The notes under the pieces were generated by a model. That model was not told where the DNA came from. It saw only the letters and a list, made by a program, of their open reading frames with translations, and searched no databases. This document shows, piece by piece, positions 13,461-26,805 of a DNA stretch of 64,000 bases (position 1 is its first letter; every line of letters begins with the position of its first letter). Made by a program: the position numbers and the translations under genes. Source of the stretch: Stegostoma tigrinum (taxonomy: Eukaryota); the NCBI RefSeq assembly GCF_030684315.1, contig NC_081373.1:39781989-39845988 (forward strand), in the 5' to 3' direction.

Positions 13461-13519
13461 TCTAGAATGAGAATAAAGTGAAATGAACCAATAAAACTGG
13501 TTATAGAATTGTCAGCTAA

Positions 13520-16500
13520 TGACTAACAAATCACACACTATACCAAAGAATAGATTGTTGTTGTCACATCTAAAAGTGATAAAATGTCTGTAACAGTTAG
13601 AATAGTGACAGCCGAAGGAGAGTGATCAACAGATGTGGAAACAATGCAGTGATGTGTTGGATTCATGGACTGTTTAGCAAAGTTCTTGTCTGATATGCCA
13701 TCAGAGTGTGACCCTCCATGCAAGTACCTTGTTTAGTACGTACTGTTAAGGAACAGAACAAGAAGCATCTATCACTAGAATCAGACAAGGAGTGATGACA
13801 AAACAGTGCCAAGGTACTACAGTGTCAATGATGAAGTCACATTGCAGCTTGATGCTAGTGACTTGGAGCAATGTTTATGCAGCATGGACAACTAGTTGTA
13901 TTCACATCCAGGGCATAGGATTGGATTGGGAAATACAACACCGTACATCATCTCCGCACATCCCAGTCATATGGAGAGGCACAGCAGCACCAAAATTGCT
14001 GAAGAGCTCATAAAGATGTTGACTAAGTCCAATACTAACTAGTGTAAGGCACTCTTTGAATGGAGAAACACATGGAAAGTAATCTAATCAAATTTAATGT
14101 CATGACACATCTAAGTTACTTCTCCAATCATGAAGAATCAATTGAAGCCAGAAGTCATATTCGATTTGAGAGATAAAATCAAATGACAGAAAGCCAATTT
14201 CACATCGATAAACTTCTGTTTCATTGCCAGACCTGAATATTGGAGAGCCAGTCAGACTGGGAGCAATTGTGCCATGGTAAGGGCACTATAGACATGTGGA
14301 GACTGTTTAAGGAACAGTTGTTGCAAGTGATGAGTAAATATGTCCCTCTGAGACAGGCAAGAAGGGGTAAGATAAAGGAACCTTGGATGACGAGAGCGGT
14401 GGAGCTACTCGTGAAAAGGAAGAAGGTAGCTTACATAAGGTGGAGGAAGCTAGGGTCAAGCTCAGCTAGAGAGGATCACATGCAGGCAAGGAAGGAGCTC
14501 AAAAATGGTCTGAGGAGAGCCAGGAGGGGGCACGAGAAAGGCTTGGCAGAACGAATTAGGGAAAACACAAAGGCATTTTACACTTATGTGAGGAATAAGA
14601 GAATGGTCAAAGAAAGAGTAGGGCTGATCAGGGATAGCATAGGGAACTTGTGTGTGGAGTCTGAGGAGGTAAGGGAAGCCCTAAATGAGTTTTTTGCTTC
14701 TGTCTTTACGAAAGAAATGAACTTTATAGTGAATGAAACCTTTGAAGAGCAGGTGTGCATGCTGGAATGGATAGAGATAGAGGAAGCTGATGTGCTGAAA
14801 AGTTTGTCAAACATTAAGATTGACAAGTCGCCAGGCCCGGACCAGATTTGTCCTTGGCTGCTTTGGGAAGCGAGAAATGCAATTGCTTTGCCACTTGCGA
14901 GGATCTTTGCATTCTCGCTCTCCACTGGAGTCGTACCTGAGAACTGGAGAGAGGCAAATGTAATTCTTCTCTTCAAGAAAGGAAATAGGGAAATCCCCGG
15001 CAATTACAGACCAGTAAGTCTCACGTCTGTCATCTGCAAGGTGTTAGAAAGGATTCTGAGGGATAGGATTTATGACCATCTGGAAGAGCATGGCTTGATT
15101 AAATGCAGTCAACACGGCTTTGTGAGGGGTAGGTCATGCCTCACAAACCTAATCGAGTTCTTTGAGGATGTGACTAGAAAAGTTGATGAGGGTCGAGCTG
15201 TGGATGTGGTGTATATGGACTTCAGTAAGGCATTTGATAAGGTTCCCCATGGTAGGCTCATTCAGAAGGTCAGGAGGAATGGGATACAGGGGAACTTAGC
15301 TGTCTGGATACAGAATTGGCTGGCCAACAGAAGACAGCGAGTGGTAGTAGAAGGAAAATATTCTGCCTGGAAGTCAGTGGTGAGTGGGGTTCCAGAGGGC
15401 TCTGGGCCTCTACTGTTTGTAATTTTTATTAATGACTTGGATGAGGGACTTGAAGGATGGGTCAGCAAGTTTGCAGATGACACAAAGGTTGGAGGTGTCA
15501 TTGACAGTATAGAGGGCTGTTGTAGGCTGCAGCGGGTCATTGACAAGATGCAGAGATGGGCTGAGAGGTGGCAGATGGAGTTCAACCTGGATAAATGCGA
15601 GGTGATGCATTTTGGAAGGTTGAATTTGAAAGCTGAGGCCAGGATTAAGGATAGGATTCTTGGCAGTGTGGAGGAACAGAGGGATCTTGGTGTGCAGATA
15701 CATAGATCCCTTAAAATGGCCACCTAAGTGGACAGGGTTGTTAAGAAAGCATATGGTGTTTTGGCTTTCATTAACAGGGGGATTGAGTTTAAGAGTCGTG
15801 AGATCTTGTTGCAACTCTATAAAACTTTGGTTAGACCGCACTTGGAATACTGTGTCCAGTTCTGGTTGCCCTATTATAGAAAAGGTGTGGATGCTTTGGA
15901 GAGGGTTCAGAGGAGGTTTACCAGGATGCTGGATGGACTGGAGGGCTTATCTTATGAAGAGAGGTTGACTGAGCTTGGACTTTTTTCATTGGAGAAAAGG
16001 AGGAGGAGAGGGGACCTAATTGAGGTATACAAGATAATGAGAGGCATAGATAGAGTTGATAGCCAGAGACTATTTCCCAGGGCAGAAATGGCTAACATGA
16101 GGGGTCATAGTTTTAAGCTGGTTGGAGGAAAGTATAGAGGGGATGTCAGAGGCGGGTTCTTTACACAGAGAGTTGTGAGAGCATGGAATGCGTTGCCAGC
16201 AGCAGTTGTGGAAGCAAGGTCATTGGGGTCATTTAAGAGACTGCTGGACATGTATATGGTCACAGAAATTTGAGGGTGCATACATGAGGATCAATGGTCG
16301 GCACAACATCGTGGGCTGAAGGGCCTGTTCTGTGCTGTACTGTTCTATGTTCTATGTTCTAATGCAGATGTTCAAAGGACTCAACAAATGTCAGTCCATG
16401 TGAAAACTTGTGGAGCAATTGTGAATGACCAGCTATATTACCAGAAATGCAGACATATGTACATCTAGAGAAGCTGTTCTTTCACGGCAGGTAGCTGATC

Positions 16501-17405
16501 TGGAAGTTGTCATCTCCCCTCTGCACAGAATGTCCAGTGGTCCCAGAGATTCACTGTTTCCAATAACAGATGTGGATCAGCAACAACAGTTTCCATGGCA
16601 ACAACACTCACCACGAGAACAACAGGTACGCTACTCTGGCAAGGAACAGACACCAGATGAACAGCCAATGACATCATGCATGGTCCGATTAGAAGACCTG
16701 CACAATTTCAAGATTATATATGCAGTGCATATGCAGAGACTGATGAATGTGGAACATATGTGATGAATAAGTGGCTTTAATAGATGTATTTTGTTCTGGA
16801 TTTTTTTTGCACAGAGGCTTTGAGCCATAGGTAATGAATTGTCTGCTCTGAGTCAATAAAGTAAACAGTTTGTGAGGCTTGTAGGTTTTTTAATAATTGG
16901 AACAACAGAAACAGCATGAATGAGTGGTGTCAGGGCCCCACAGAACCAGTGTCTTAGTTTAGCTTTCATTAGTTGTTGGGATATTGAAGCTGCCATTCAC
17001 CTCTCACTGCTGCAGCAAAACGCTGTGGTTCTCTCTCTCTTCCAGAATATTGGCTTGATTTTTTTTTCTCCTGGATTGGAGAAACATTGCATGTGAGACA
17101 ACCTATTTTACTGAATTTACCTTTGCCAAGTGTGTCTTTACAGGATATTACTATATTAGAACAGTTGCTGTTTAGTCATTAAAACATCTACTATTCTGTT
17201 AAATTTTCAATAGAGTTAAAGTTTTACCAATTCTTCTTTCTTCTGTTTGTATTTTAACCACAGGGCAAGAATAAAGTGTGTATTTTTTTTTCTTAAAGCC
17301 TTGTAGTGTAACTAATAAACTTACATCTGAAACACAGCACCTTATATTGGCCTCTAAGTAATTTAAATGTTGTCTATTTGAAAGGGGTTTGGTCTGGTCT
17401 ACTAC
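13520..17405 (+). mobile_element. Possible old LTR-element 3' remnant (post-integrase region plus LTR ~16760-17405), interrupted by the young CR1
   Basis: Decayed RRNRRHL-like stretch at ~13750 and an LTR-like block with AATAAA signals ending ..ggtttggtctggtctactaca; by-eye similarity only. Confidence 0.3.
14241..16341 (+). mobile_element. Young 5'-truncated CR1 LINE (ORF2 reverse transcriptase), pseudogenised
   Basis: ORF 14240-15727 and its in-frame continuation 15728-16273 give ~680 aa with NYRPVSLTS, QHGF, YMDFSKAFDKVPH, FADD; one TAA at 15725 and a 6-nt deletion in PQGSVLGP; (TTCTATG)n tail; no endonuclease domain. Confidence 0.95.
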
Positions 17406-17639
17406 ACACTTTCGTATTCATGTAGCCATGGTCATAATTTTTCTTCGATCATCTATTTTGGGTAACTTGTAGTTTCAAATGATTGTTTTACATTTTTGTT
17501 TATGGAAAGGAGGATCTTTGCATCAATGCAATAATACACAACATACTAGCTGGCTTGCCATTATCATCTGACCTCTATCTTCATTGTCAGCGCCGTTAGT
17601 GGCAGCCATTGAACATACATTCTTTGTTGGACAATAAGT

Positions 17640-17880
17640 ACCGTCAGTTGGCCACTGAATTTGGCTTTCCTGTCCTACTCTGTCTGTTAGACCATTTCTG
17701 GCATTGAATCCCCAAGTGTGGCACCACACTCCTGCTGCTGACCTCATGGACAATCTGCAGCCAGGTTTTCTTTGTTTCATTTGCAGGCTTCCTTCTCCCG
17801 TCAGTACAGAAGAGTGTATCTAAATGGAGCCTTTGCAGAAGCATGTCTGGGGAGCTATCGTTAAAATGTGGCACAGACTT
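17640..17880 (-). pseudogene. PIF/Harbinger ORF2-like Myb/SANT DNA-binding protein remnant
   Basis: PHFNDSSPDMLL..LFCTDGRRKP..KKTWLQIVHEVSSRSVV..IQCQKW matches the Myb_DNA-bind_5/MSANTD pattern (PRFS..LF..W..IA..V...R...QC.KKW). Confidence 0.6.
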
Positions 17881-19929
17881 TGAACGTCCTTTTATTGTAG
17901 GATTACCAAATTTAATGTTTGGTTTGCCCCTTTAAATACTTGCATTAAAATGACCTTGTGCAAGTTGTTGTCACCGTTGCTTGTGCTCATAAACTGGAAA
18001 GCCTGAAATGATAAAGATGCATTGGCAGGTTACTGGTAAAAGACAGATAAGAACTGCACTCACTTTTGGATTTCCTTCGCACTACTGCAAGCCTCCACTC
18101 CTAGTGTATCACAAATCTGATATATAACCTATTATCTTAAAAGTGTGCAAACTTGGAGTCCAGTTTCACTATTGTTTAAATTAAAATCAAAATGGTTTTA
18201 GAAGTATGGTAAATGTGTGTAATAGATAACACTTCTGTAATCATTACAGAACTAATCTGAAAAAGAAATGAACTCTTGTCCCAATAGATCTTCCCTTGAG
18301 TCCAATACAAATAAGAGTGTGAAGCTCTGAGTGGTTAATACTGCCAAATTGATGAAGCTACTCATTTAACGATTGTCATTCAATCTGAAGCTTTCATGAG
18401 TACTCTGGAGGAACTGACCACAAACACTGGAGCTCAATAAAAACAAGAGCATGAAATTTTGTCACTCTGCATAAGTTACACACCTCGTATCCAAGCACAC
18501 ACAACTTCATTATTCATATACAGATTTTCTTGTCCTTGGGAAGTAAAGAAATGATTTCTTTGTATAATCGTTGCACTTGCATCTATTCCCAGTGTGTTCG
18601 TTGAGAATAATATATTACATTGCTTCCATATTATGTGCATTGATGAATGATCTGAAATGATTTTAATCAAGTATTTTGGATTTTCTGCTGCCTAGCTCTG
18701 ATTTGCCTTGGAATCCAGGAGTTGATTACAGGAAAGCTAGTATTTGATGAAGTTGATTATATAAGCCCTGAATTATAATAAAAGCAGGATCCATCTTGTC
18801 TTGTTGAATTTGTTCAGGTATTTTCGGGTGTAAATGCCAGTCCATTTACCATTGCTGTAGTGCAGTATTTTGAAGTTGCAATCTTATATATGTTGTTCAC
18901 TTGTCACTGCCATACAGGAAACCACGAGCTGGAAAAAAAACAGATACTGTTTGAGAAAAGATACCGATTGGCATGGCTTGTCCATCTTTTAATTCTGGCC
19001 CATGCCTGGCCGTGCTGAAGTCCCAAGAACGTCACACTCAGCTATGAAACTCGAAGATGCATATTTGAATGTACTTGTAATTTTTTAAATTTGGCCTTCA
19101 GATAGATGAATTTTACATCTTATCTACCTCATTTCCAATGGACACAAATTGAACCATACCCAAAAATAAAGACAATGGAATTTTACAGCTTCAAATCATC
19201 TGTATTTATATTTTTAATTTGCTTGTTTCTTCAGTTGAACATCTGTGGATTTGTTTCCCTAGTAATGGTTAAATCCTAAATCAGAATGTTTGGTTCTGTT
19301 CATTTAACAGCCTGAAAAATCGAGGGAAATCAATGGGAGTACAGATTAAAACTTCATCTGTTTCCTGAGGTTCCACACTATGTCTCCATGTTCACTGCAA
19401 AAGACTGAAGCAAGAACCTTGTTATGTTACAAGTAAACTATAGTAATGAGTGCATATATTAACAAAAAGATTTCTGGAATATCATTGATTATAAACCATT
19501 ATGTCAGAGTTTCAAACTCTCAGGAAGGTCCACATTCATTCCCTAATCTGTAATGTGTCAGCTGGAGCAACAGTCGGGATAACCACGTATGACCTTTGTG
19601 CTCCAAGGCTAGGGAAGGTGGAATGTCAAGCAGGATTTCTGTTCTACATTTCTTACTAGTGTTTGGTGTTGCAAATGCTCACATGAACATTAACTAAAGG
19701 CTGAAGCTTGGTGCAATGGCTCCTGGTATCAAATAGACTGTCAACGATCTCTCTCCTGCACACAGAAATTTCGATATTAAATCATACGGTGGAATTTGAG
19801 GTGAGATGCAACATGTGTAATAGAATGGATGGCTAGCCCACCATCTTCCTGCCCACCTCTGAACTGCCCTTTATAATACCGTGGGCAGGTAAGACATCAG
19901 CCAGACCACTTGCCCTTAAGTGGAGTGGG

Positions 19930-20180
19930 TCAGGCCTCTTCACTAAAATCCAGCCCAGAGAAGTTTTGAACCAAGAAATACATCATTAAGTCTACACGGG
20001 GATGGTCTTTAATAAGCCACCAAAGCTCGTCACTTGCCTCCTGTGAGAATTGTCGTATTCTTTCTGTACCCCCAGTAAGATGACACTGTAGTGTGAGGGG
20101 ATTAAGACCTTGGAGCAACTTTGTGTTGATGTTATGGAGCTGCATATCACTGCGTATAAATACCACAGAATGAGCAATGT
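19930..20180 (-). mobile_element. Possible Harbinger transposase C-terminal remnant
   Basis: KEYDNSHRRQVTSFGGLLKT resembles the YN.SH..TR..IE..FGLLK motif; very decayed. Confidence 0.3.
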
Positions 20181-20624
20181 TAGAATGAGACTTTCTGAAA
20201 GACAGACTGAGAGCGCATGGAAATGAGTACTTGAAGATAGATTAATTATTACCTGTCATAACTAAGTCAGGACCTGTTATATGTTTGCCATATGTAATAG
20301 TAGTTAGTACAAAAGCATGATAAATAATGTTACTTTGAAATTGAAGCCTGAAGACAGAGCTTGATTTTGCTTTATCCGTGACCAGTCTGTCTCAAACCCA
20401 AATTCAGCATGTGGCATCAAACTCTTGACAAAATATTGTCGTGAAGGTGGAGTGCACCATCTGTAAAGGAGAGAGAACCCTTAGGAAGTAAAGGAATGGG
20501 GGAGAAAAAGAAAAGGATCTTGTTAAGGTCTTTAAATGTACATGTCTTAGCAATTCACTGTTATTCAGTACCATAATATTGCTTTTGTACTTTGTGACTG
20601 ATTTTCCTTACTATTTCTTTACAG

Positions 20625-20683
20625 ATGATCCAGAAGGTGCCTTTGTACCCCCTGAATTTGACATTACTGGCAATACCTTTGAG
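20625..20683 (+). CDS. KNDC1: KNDC1 short coding exon (probable exon 3)
   Basis: Polypyrimidine tract plus acag| acceptor at 20624; (G)AT GAT CCA.. = DDPEGAFVPPEFDITGNTFE, continuing the previous exon in phase 1; donor |gttagt; 59 nt. Not in the ORF track. Confidence 0.95.
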
Positions 20684-21350
20684 GTTAGTCAAAATAGTCT
20701 GTAAACATAATAGGAAAGCAGGAAATATTTTCCCTACTGTTTTCCCAATGAATAACATTGAAAATTCAATGAGGAAACCCCGTGTGCCAGAAACCTTTAA
20801 GTGAAATGCCTGGTAAGATTAGATCGCTTTTTGAGAATTGTTATTAATCAAGGCCAATTATCTCAAACTGCAGTAACCTAAAAGGCTTTTCACTTTCTGA
20901 AGTGCTTTAGATCTTCTCTCTTTGCCAAATGTTTAATGTAGCATTATCCAGTACAGATCTGTTGCAGTTTGCAAGCCTGCAAATTGTGCTTTGTGACATT
21001 ACAGTGTGATCTGAAGGACAATGTGCAAATTAATTAAACCGTTTATTTTAATAGAGAAGTAACAGGCCTTGAAATCTGATCAGCTAGTCAATATACCTTC
21101 CAACGTGCTTTCTAATTGAGTTGGCATGGTGTTAGGATATGGCTGAATTGTTTACCTGTGAAGCCCCTTTAAATCTCTTTTGCTAGACCGACATGTGCAA
21201 GACCTTGTGGAAAACTTGGGGTTTTGGCATGGCTGCATATTTTAAAGAAAGCTTTGGAGCTCATTGTTCATCTCCAAGCCTGAATGATGAGACTCGTAGC
21301 AAAGCTTACATTAGAGCCTGGCCTTTTGTTATTGTTAAGCTGGTGAAATC

Positions 21351-21766
21351 GATTAATACTTATGCAAATAATGGGTCAGTGTATTGCAGCTTCCTCCATA
21401 TGACTGGTTTTCCTAGAGATGACTGAAACAAGCTGTGTTTAGGAAAACCAAGTCTGCATTGCGCAAGGGAGCCCTTAAAGAGTAGATTGGAAGATCAGGC
21501 CATGGCAATATTGGCCCTTGGTATTGCCCTGGCTGTAGCAGTGCTGGATAGGTAGTACTAGCAGTAATCAGGACACTTAAATTGAAGGCCGGCCATGACC
21601 CATCTGTATTGAGCATGAGTTCAGGTTGAGCATCCTGTTTAAGGCTTCCCTTGCGCAATGCAGACTTGGCTTTCCTAAGCGCAGCTTGTGTCAGCCACCT
21701 CTAGGAAAAGCAATCTTACAGAAGAAGCTGCAACGCACTGACCCATTATTTGCATAAGTATTAATC
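21351..21766. repeat. Long inverted repeat (129-bp arms, ~158-bp spacer); MITE-like or conserved hairpin
   Basis: Arms 21351-21479 and 21638-21766 align ungapped with ~16 mismatches; outer 31 bp perfect; ATGCAAAT in each outer end. Confidence 0.9.
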
Positions 21767-22104
21767 AGTTTCAGTCCTGGAAACGTCCCTGAAGATGTTT
21801 CATTTGGCCCATAAAGATGTGGCGAATGATGTAATTCTGACTTGCAAAAAAGAAATCACTTGCTGCTTCTCAGGTTGAAGGCTTTAGGACATTGTTTAGC
21901 ACTTGAAGAATAAATGTTGCGTTGTCAAGTTTCTAACCCAAACTATTTGAAATAAATGGAATAAAACCTGAATTTAAATAGCAGGCAAAGTCATCTCATG
22001 CAAGTTTGTTAGGAATTCGGAGTAAGTTTTTTAAACAAGTCATTTGAAGAGATATTTGACACCAAATTGCAGAATAATTTTTAGATCACTTACACGTGGA
22101 CTTT

Positions 22105-22420
22105 ATGCCACCTGGGACCCAGGTTCAGTTCCACCCTCGGGCGACTGTCTGTGTGAATTTTGTGCACTTTCCCCGTGTTTGCATGGGTTTCCTCCAGATG
22201 CTTCGGCTTCTTCCCACAGCCCAAAGATATGCAGGCTACATGGATTGGCCATGCTAAATTGTCCATAGTGTTAAGGGGTATGCCGGCTAGCTGGATTAGC
22301 TACGGGAAGTGCAGGGTTACAGAGAAAGGGTAGAGAGTGAATCTTGGTGGGATGTTTCTTGGAGGGTTGGTGTAGATTCGATGGGCCAAATGGCCTACTT
22401 TCACACTGTAAAGATTCTAT
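22105..22420 (+). mobile_element. HE1-type V-SINE (5' truncated)
   Basis: B-box-like gggacccaggttcagttcc, V-domain (ctgtctgtgtgaattt..ccccgtgtttgcatgggtttcctcc..cccacagcccaaaga..tggccatgctaaattg), CR1-like tail. Confidence 0.85.
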
Positions 22421-23779
22421 GTATAGGTTCCAATTAAATACATTTTTTTTGAAAAGTGCAAATCCTGCGTTAAAAAAATCTTCTGGTAAATGTAGAATAT
22501 CAGATGAGTGCTATCATGGTGTTCTTACATTGGCATTGCCCCAGTCAAGGCAATAGAGGTAATAAATTGAAAGGAAAACAATTCAGTCAGGTTTTAAGGA
22601 GAGGGGAAACTATTCTGTGCACCTGCTTCAGTGGAAATCACTTAAAAGTAACCTTTCATGAATTTACCATTTGATTATCATTCGTTGTTTACTAAGAGAG
22701 TAATGTTGAAAGAAAGTTTGTTGAAATTAGTCGATTGCTTTCAAAACATAATGTTTTTGCACTCTATTGTATATTAATATGAAGTTATTATGATATACAG
22801 TGGACTGTTGCCTCTGTTGTGGGTTAAGTGTATTTAATACATTTTACTCGTTTTCACAACTCGATGTAATTGAATAGGCATAGACAAGCATAGAGAATGG
22901 AATATTTTCTAATTGTTATTCCTTGCTGTTTAGAAAGCAAACCAAGATACTGAGTGCTTTTCGTTATCACCTTCCTTGTAGAATTTATGTCCTTGTAACC
23001 CTGACGTCTGCAATGTATATCCACACGGCTTTCAAATGCAAAATTCTTTTCTTAAAGAGTTTCCTACTTTGTGGGAGAAATTTGATTGCTGCAGTTAATC
23101 TCGCAACCTCATGAATGAGCTGTTATTTTATTTCAGATATGAGGTATATTCATGTAATGTCAACAGAGATTTATTGAACCTTGGGAAAGAGGACAGGAAA
23201 AGATTGAAAGTTGCCTGACAGAGGAATTTATCTTGATTGTTAACAGTGCTGAGTACATTCTCTTGTTTGAAACATAGATCCTGTCTTGGCTTCACATTTG
23301 CAGTTATTAGTTCAAGAGATCCTTCTGGGACATGAAATTTGATCTTCCTTTGTATTTTGATCAATGAACCTATTACAGAATTTACTTTAGAGCTTTAAAT
23401 ACCTTGGTGGATTTTGGGCTGTTACACTAGCTGTTCTGTGGGTTTAGTATCATTTCCAGGGCAGACCGAACGTCACCCATCATTTGAAGTGCATTATTAT
23501 CTGTCAGTTTTTAAGTAAACAATAGAAAGACCAGTAGACTAGAGTGGAACTTTTACCTTGAAAAAACCAGACATTTTTATCTATTGTTGTTCTACCAACT
23601 CTATTTTGTCTAACTCATTCTGTCATGTTCCAATCCTGCTACTCTTTGCAATTACATGTATTACCTAAAACCATGGTCAAGTTATATTGCTGATTAAATT
23701 ATAAATTATAAAGGCTGTTTTCGCCAAACCCATTCTTTGGGTGTCCATTCTTGGTACAAGTCCACTTATAAGCAACAGT

Positions 23780-25990
23780 GGATGGAATCTGATAAACAAT
23801 GAACAGCCTGTGGGCTACAGAAAAAGCGAGTGGTAGAACCAGGTGAGATGGTCAACTCGACAGTGAAATCTCTCACCACAACATCTATGTTTTGCTCAGG
23901 TAACGTGATCAGGTTCTTGACAGGGAGTAGCAAGTTCCCAATTGATGGTCTTCATTGTTTGTTGAATGTCCTGTTAATGGCCCAACTCACCACAGGTTAC
24001 AGTCTTACCAAACTCGAATCCAATGAAAACTCAACATGAAAACCAGAGTGGGTTCCTGGTGGGTTCAGTTTGCTGTTTGCTCCGAGTGACCTGCATGTTG
24101 CCTGTGATCAAACTACAGAGCAGGGCTCAACCTGTGAACGTCAGCCACACCTATCCTTTCACCATGGGCACTGGCACCTGACTTCCAGGAATGCTGTGGC
24201 ATTGCACCCTACACTCCCATATTTGGGAAGTAGGGCACACTGGCTGCCAGTTGTACACATCTGTTGCATCAAGTCAGGTAGCAGCACGGGGATGGCACCC
24301 AGTCAGCAATTTGCACCATGCTATCCACCAAGGTTACTCCTTTGCTATCTCAGAACGTGTACACTTGGTGCCTGCCAGCATGCTCACAGCGTATAATTGT
24401 TCTGCCGTGCCTTACACTAGCACTTGGGGCAGTCATGTAACCTGGCAGATGGCCATGCTGTTTGACAGTGCTCAGTCAAGGGCATTCACATCTTCCCATA
24501 TGTCAGTGAGCAAATCAGGCTACCACCTGCACCACATGGGAGCACCATTCATGCTAAACTCAGTACATTTGCATCTAGCAGTGGTACCTGTCTGAATGTT
24601 TTCAGGGAGTGGTCCTCATCCAATTCCATGTTGGGTTGTCCATTGCAGTTCATCAAGGGCAGCCTCCCACATTGGTCCCAGGCATTGTCTGAGGTGGCTT
24701 TGCACAGAGGGGTTGTGCCTCTATTTTGCAATGAGCGGTCATGATTATTCTTTTGTCTCCACAGGGTCCATGCCAGGAGCTGGGAGTAGGCCTTCTACAA
24801 TTGGAAACTTGTGTGGCCACCAGTCAGGGGTCTTTGGGGGTATCAGCCAGGGCTGGCAGGCAAGCCACCCTAGGGGGCGGCTCATAGTCATTCCATTGCC
24901 ATTGTTCATTGATGTTAAGAGAAAAGAAGGGTTGGGGTTGTTGGGATGGGCTGGAAAGTGAGGCAGGTCTGGGCACATTTACCTGCCTTGGATGATAACC
25001 TGGTGAAGTGTGAAGCCTGGAGGGTTGACCCAAAAGTTGCCTTCTATCCCATACTCCCTTTGACTACCAAGCCCCCGATGTTTCAGTATCAGCGCTGGCT
25101 GGGTGGGTGGGGTAGGAGGGGAGACTGGTCCAGCTTTGCCAACGGTGCCTCCGAGCCTGAATTGACTGTTCCCCTTAGGTTGAGGAAGTCCCCCCCAGGG
25201 GTGATAGCTTCCTCTTGGCTGATGTACTTAGCTCAGTGGCGATACCTGTAGAACACAGAAGGCAGAAGGCGTCACGGCCATTGTTTTGAGGTGGTGCCCA
25301 AAGCAACTCACTGCCCACCTGGCAATGGCAGCATTTTGGTGCTACTACAACACATACCCGTGCTCTGGCAACTGAGAAAGTATCTCTGCATTCCTGCAGG
25401 ACTTGTCACAGCTGAAGCCTTGGTGGGAGATGAGTGCAGTCGTGGAGATAAAGTGAATGGCAAGTTATAGCATGGAGAAGGGCAATGACTTTTTGGCACT
25501 GCTGCCTGGACCTCCGAGGCCTGGATAGGGCAGTGACCCAGGTGGCAATCTCTGATCGGGCAGATATCGTGCAGTGGCACAGCCTCATCTCCTGGAAAGA
25601 GATGGCCTTCCTGTGCAACTCACAAGGACCTCCAGGTACCTATCAGTTCTAACTTGCCCTTGTCAGCCACCTCCATCCAGTGAACAGTCACAAGCAGGGT
25701 TAACACCAGGTACTAGTCCTCCTCCCAGGTACACTGTGGGTTTTTAAAGATGGTGCTGCCAAAAGGGATGTTTTATTGCTGATGTCCAGGGTAGGGTGAG
25801 TTCTTATGGGAACAGCGCATGGTAAGATGGAATGGAAGTACAATGTGGTACTTGCCATTAGGACGACAATGGGAATTAAAACAGCGAGTTTCAGAAGCTA
25901 TGGTGTAAGACTCAGTGGACCATGTGCCTGATTTCTCAATACATGCTTCTGCTCAACCTCTCAGAATGGAAGTTCAGTAAGTTGTCCCTT
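23780..25990 (-). mobile_element. Decayed Harbinger-derived element with Myb/SANT remnant at ~25400-25620
   Basis: Minus-strand HRKAI..SEIATWVTALSRPRRSRQQCQKVIALLH is Myb/SANT-like; GC-richer than flanks; ends uncertain. Confidence 0.45.
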
Positions 25991-26805
25991 ATATCTTCTC
26001 AGTTCAATTTTAGTTGGCCCTGAAATCTGACTTTAAACTTTATTAACTTTCATTATCTCTTGTAGTAATTTTTTTTTATCATATTGTGAATTTCATCCAA
26101 ATCGAAGTGTCTTCTAAACATAATTTTGCTGAAGTAGGTTCATTGCTCTCATGAGGAAGTATGCTGCCTGATGAATAAAGGCTCAGAAATTCACCTCGGA
26201 TGCTTGTGCAAAAGGATTAATTTGAGATAGATTGTCTGTTACAAGCTGCCTAATATTTAGTTACAATAATATCAGGAAATCTAAGGGAATCTTGCCACTG
26301 CAGGCATGCTGATAACCCCCAACATAAACCACCCCCCTGCCATGAAAGAAAAAGAAGACTAGTGTCCCACAGTATCCCTGTCCCAAGCAAAGCTCTTCTG
26401 CACTAAACATCAGTGGCTTTCTCTCACATGAAAATTGTTGTAATCTTCTTTTTGCACATCTCCAATCTTATTTGTTAACAACTTTTATTAAAATAAAGAT
26501 TAAAAAAAATTATTCTCTGGAGACACTCACCTTTTCATGTATGTTGAAATTTCTAAGTTAGAAAGAAGCCTACCTTGAAAATATTTGTGAGATTTTGTAG
26601 AGTATGTCCATCACACATAACTGTTGTCTATTTGTTCGAGTACTAGTCGACTATTGCCTCTGATGACATCTTCCTCAAACTTTTTTCCAAACCCTTTCAG
26701 CAGCCACATGCAATCATTCCAACCCAGGAGGTCTCTTTCAGTCGGATAGGAACAGAACAGGGAATTTGTTAGTCTTTGTAATTATAAAATGAAATGATAA
26801 CTTCA

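Noticed and set aside
14584-15841. Antisense ORFs of 139-153 aa
   Set aside because: Shadow frames of the CR1 RT coding sequence.
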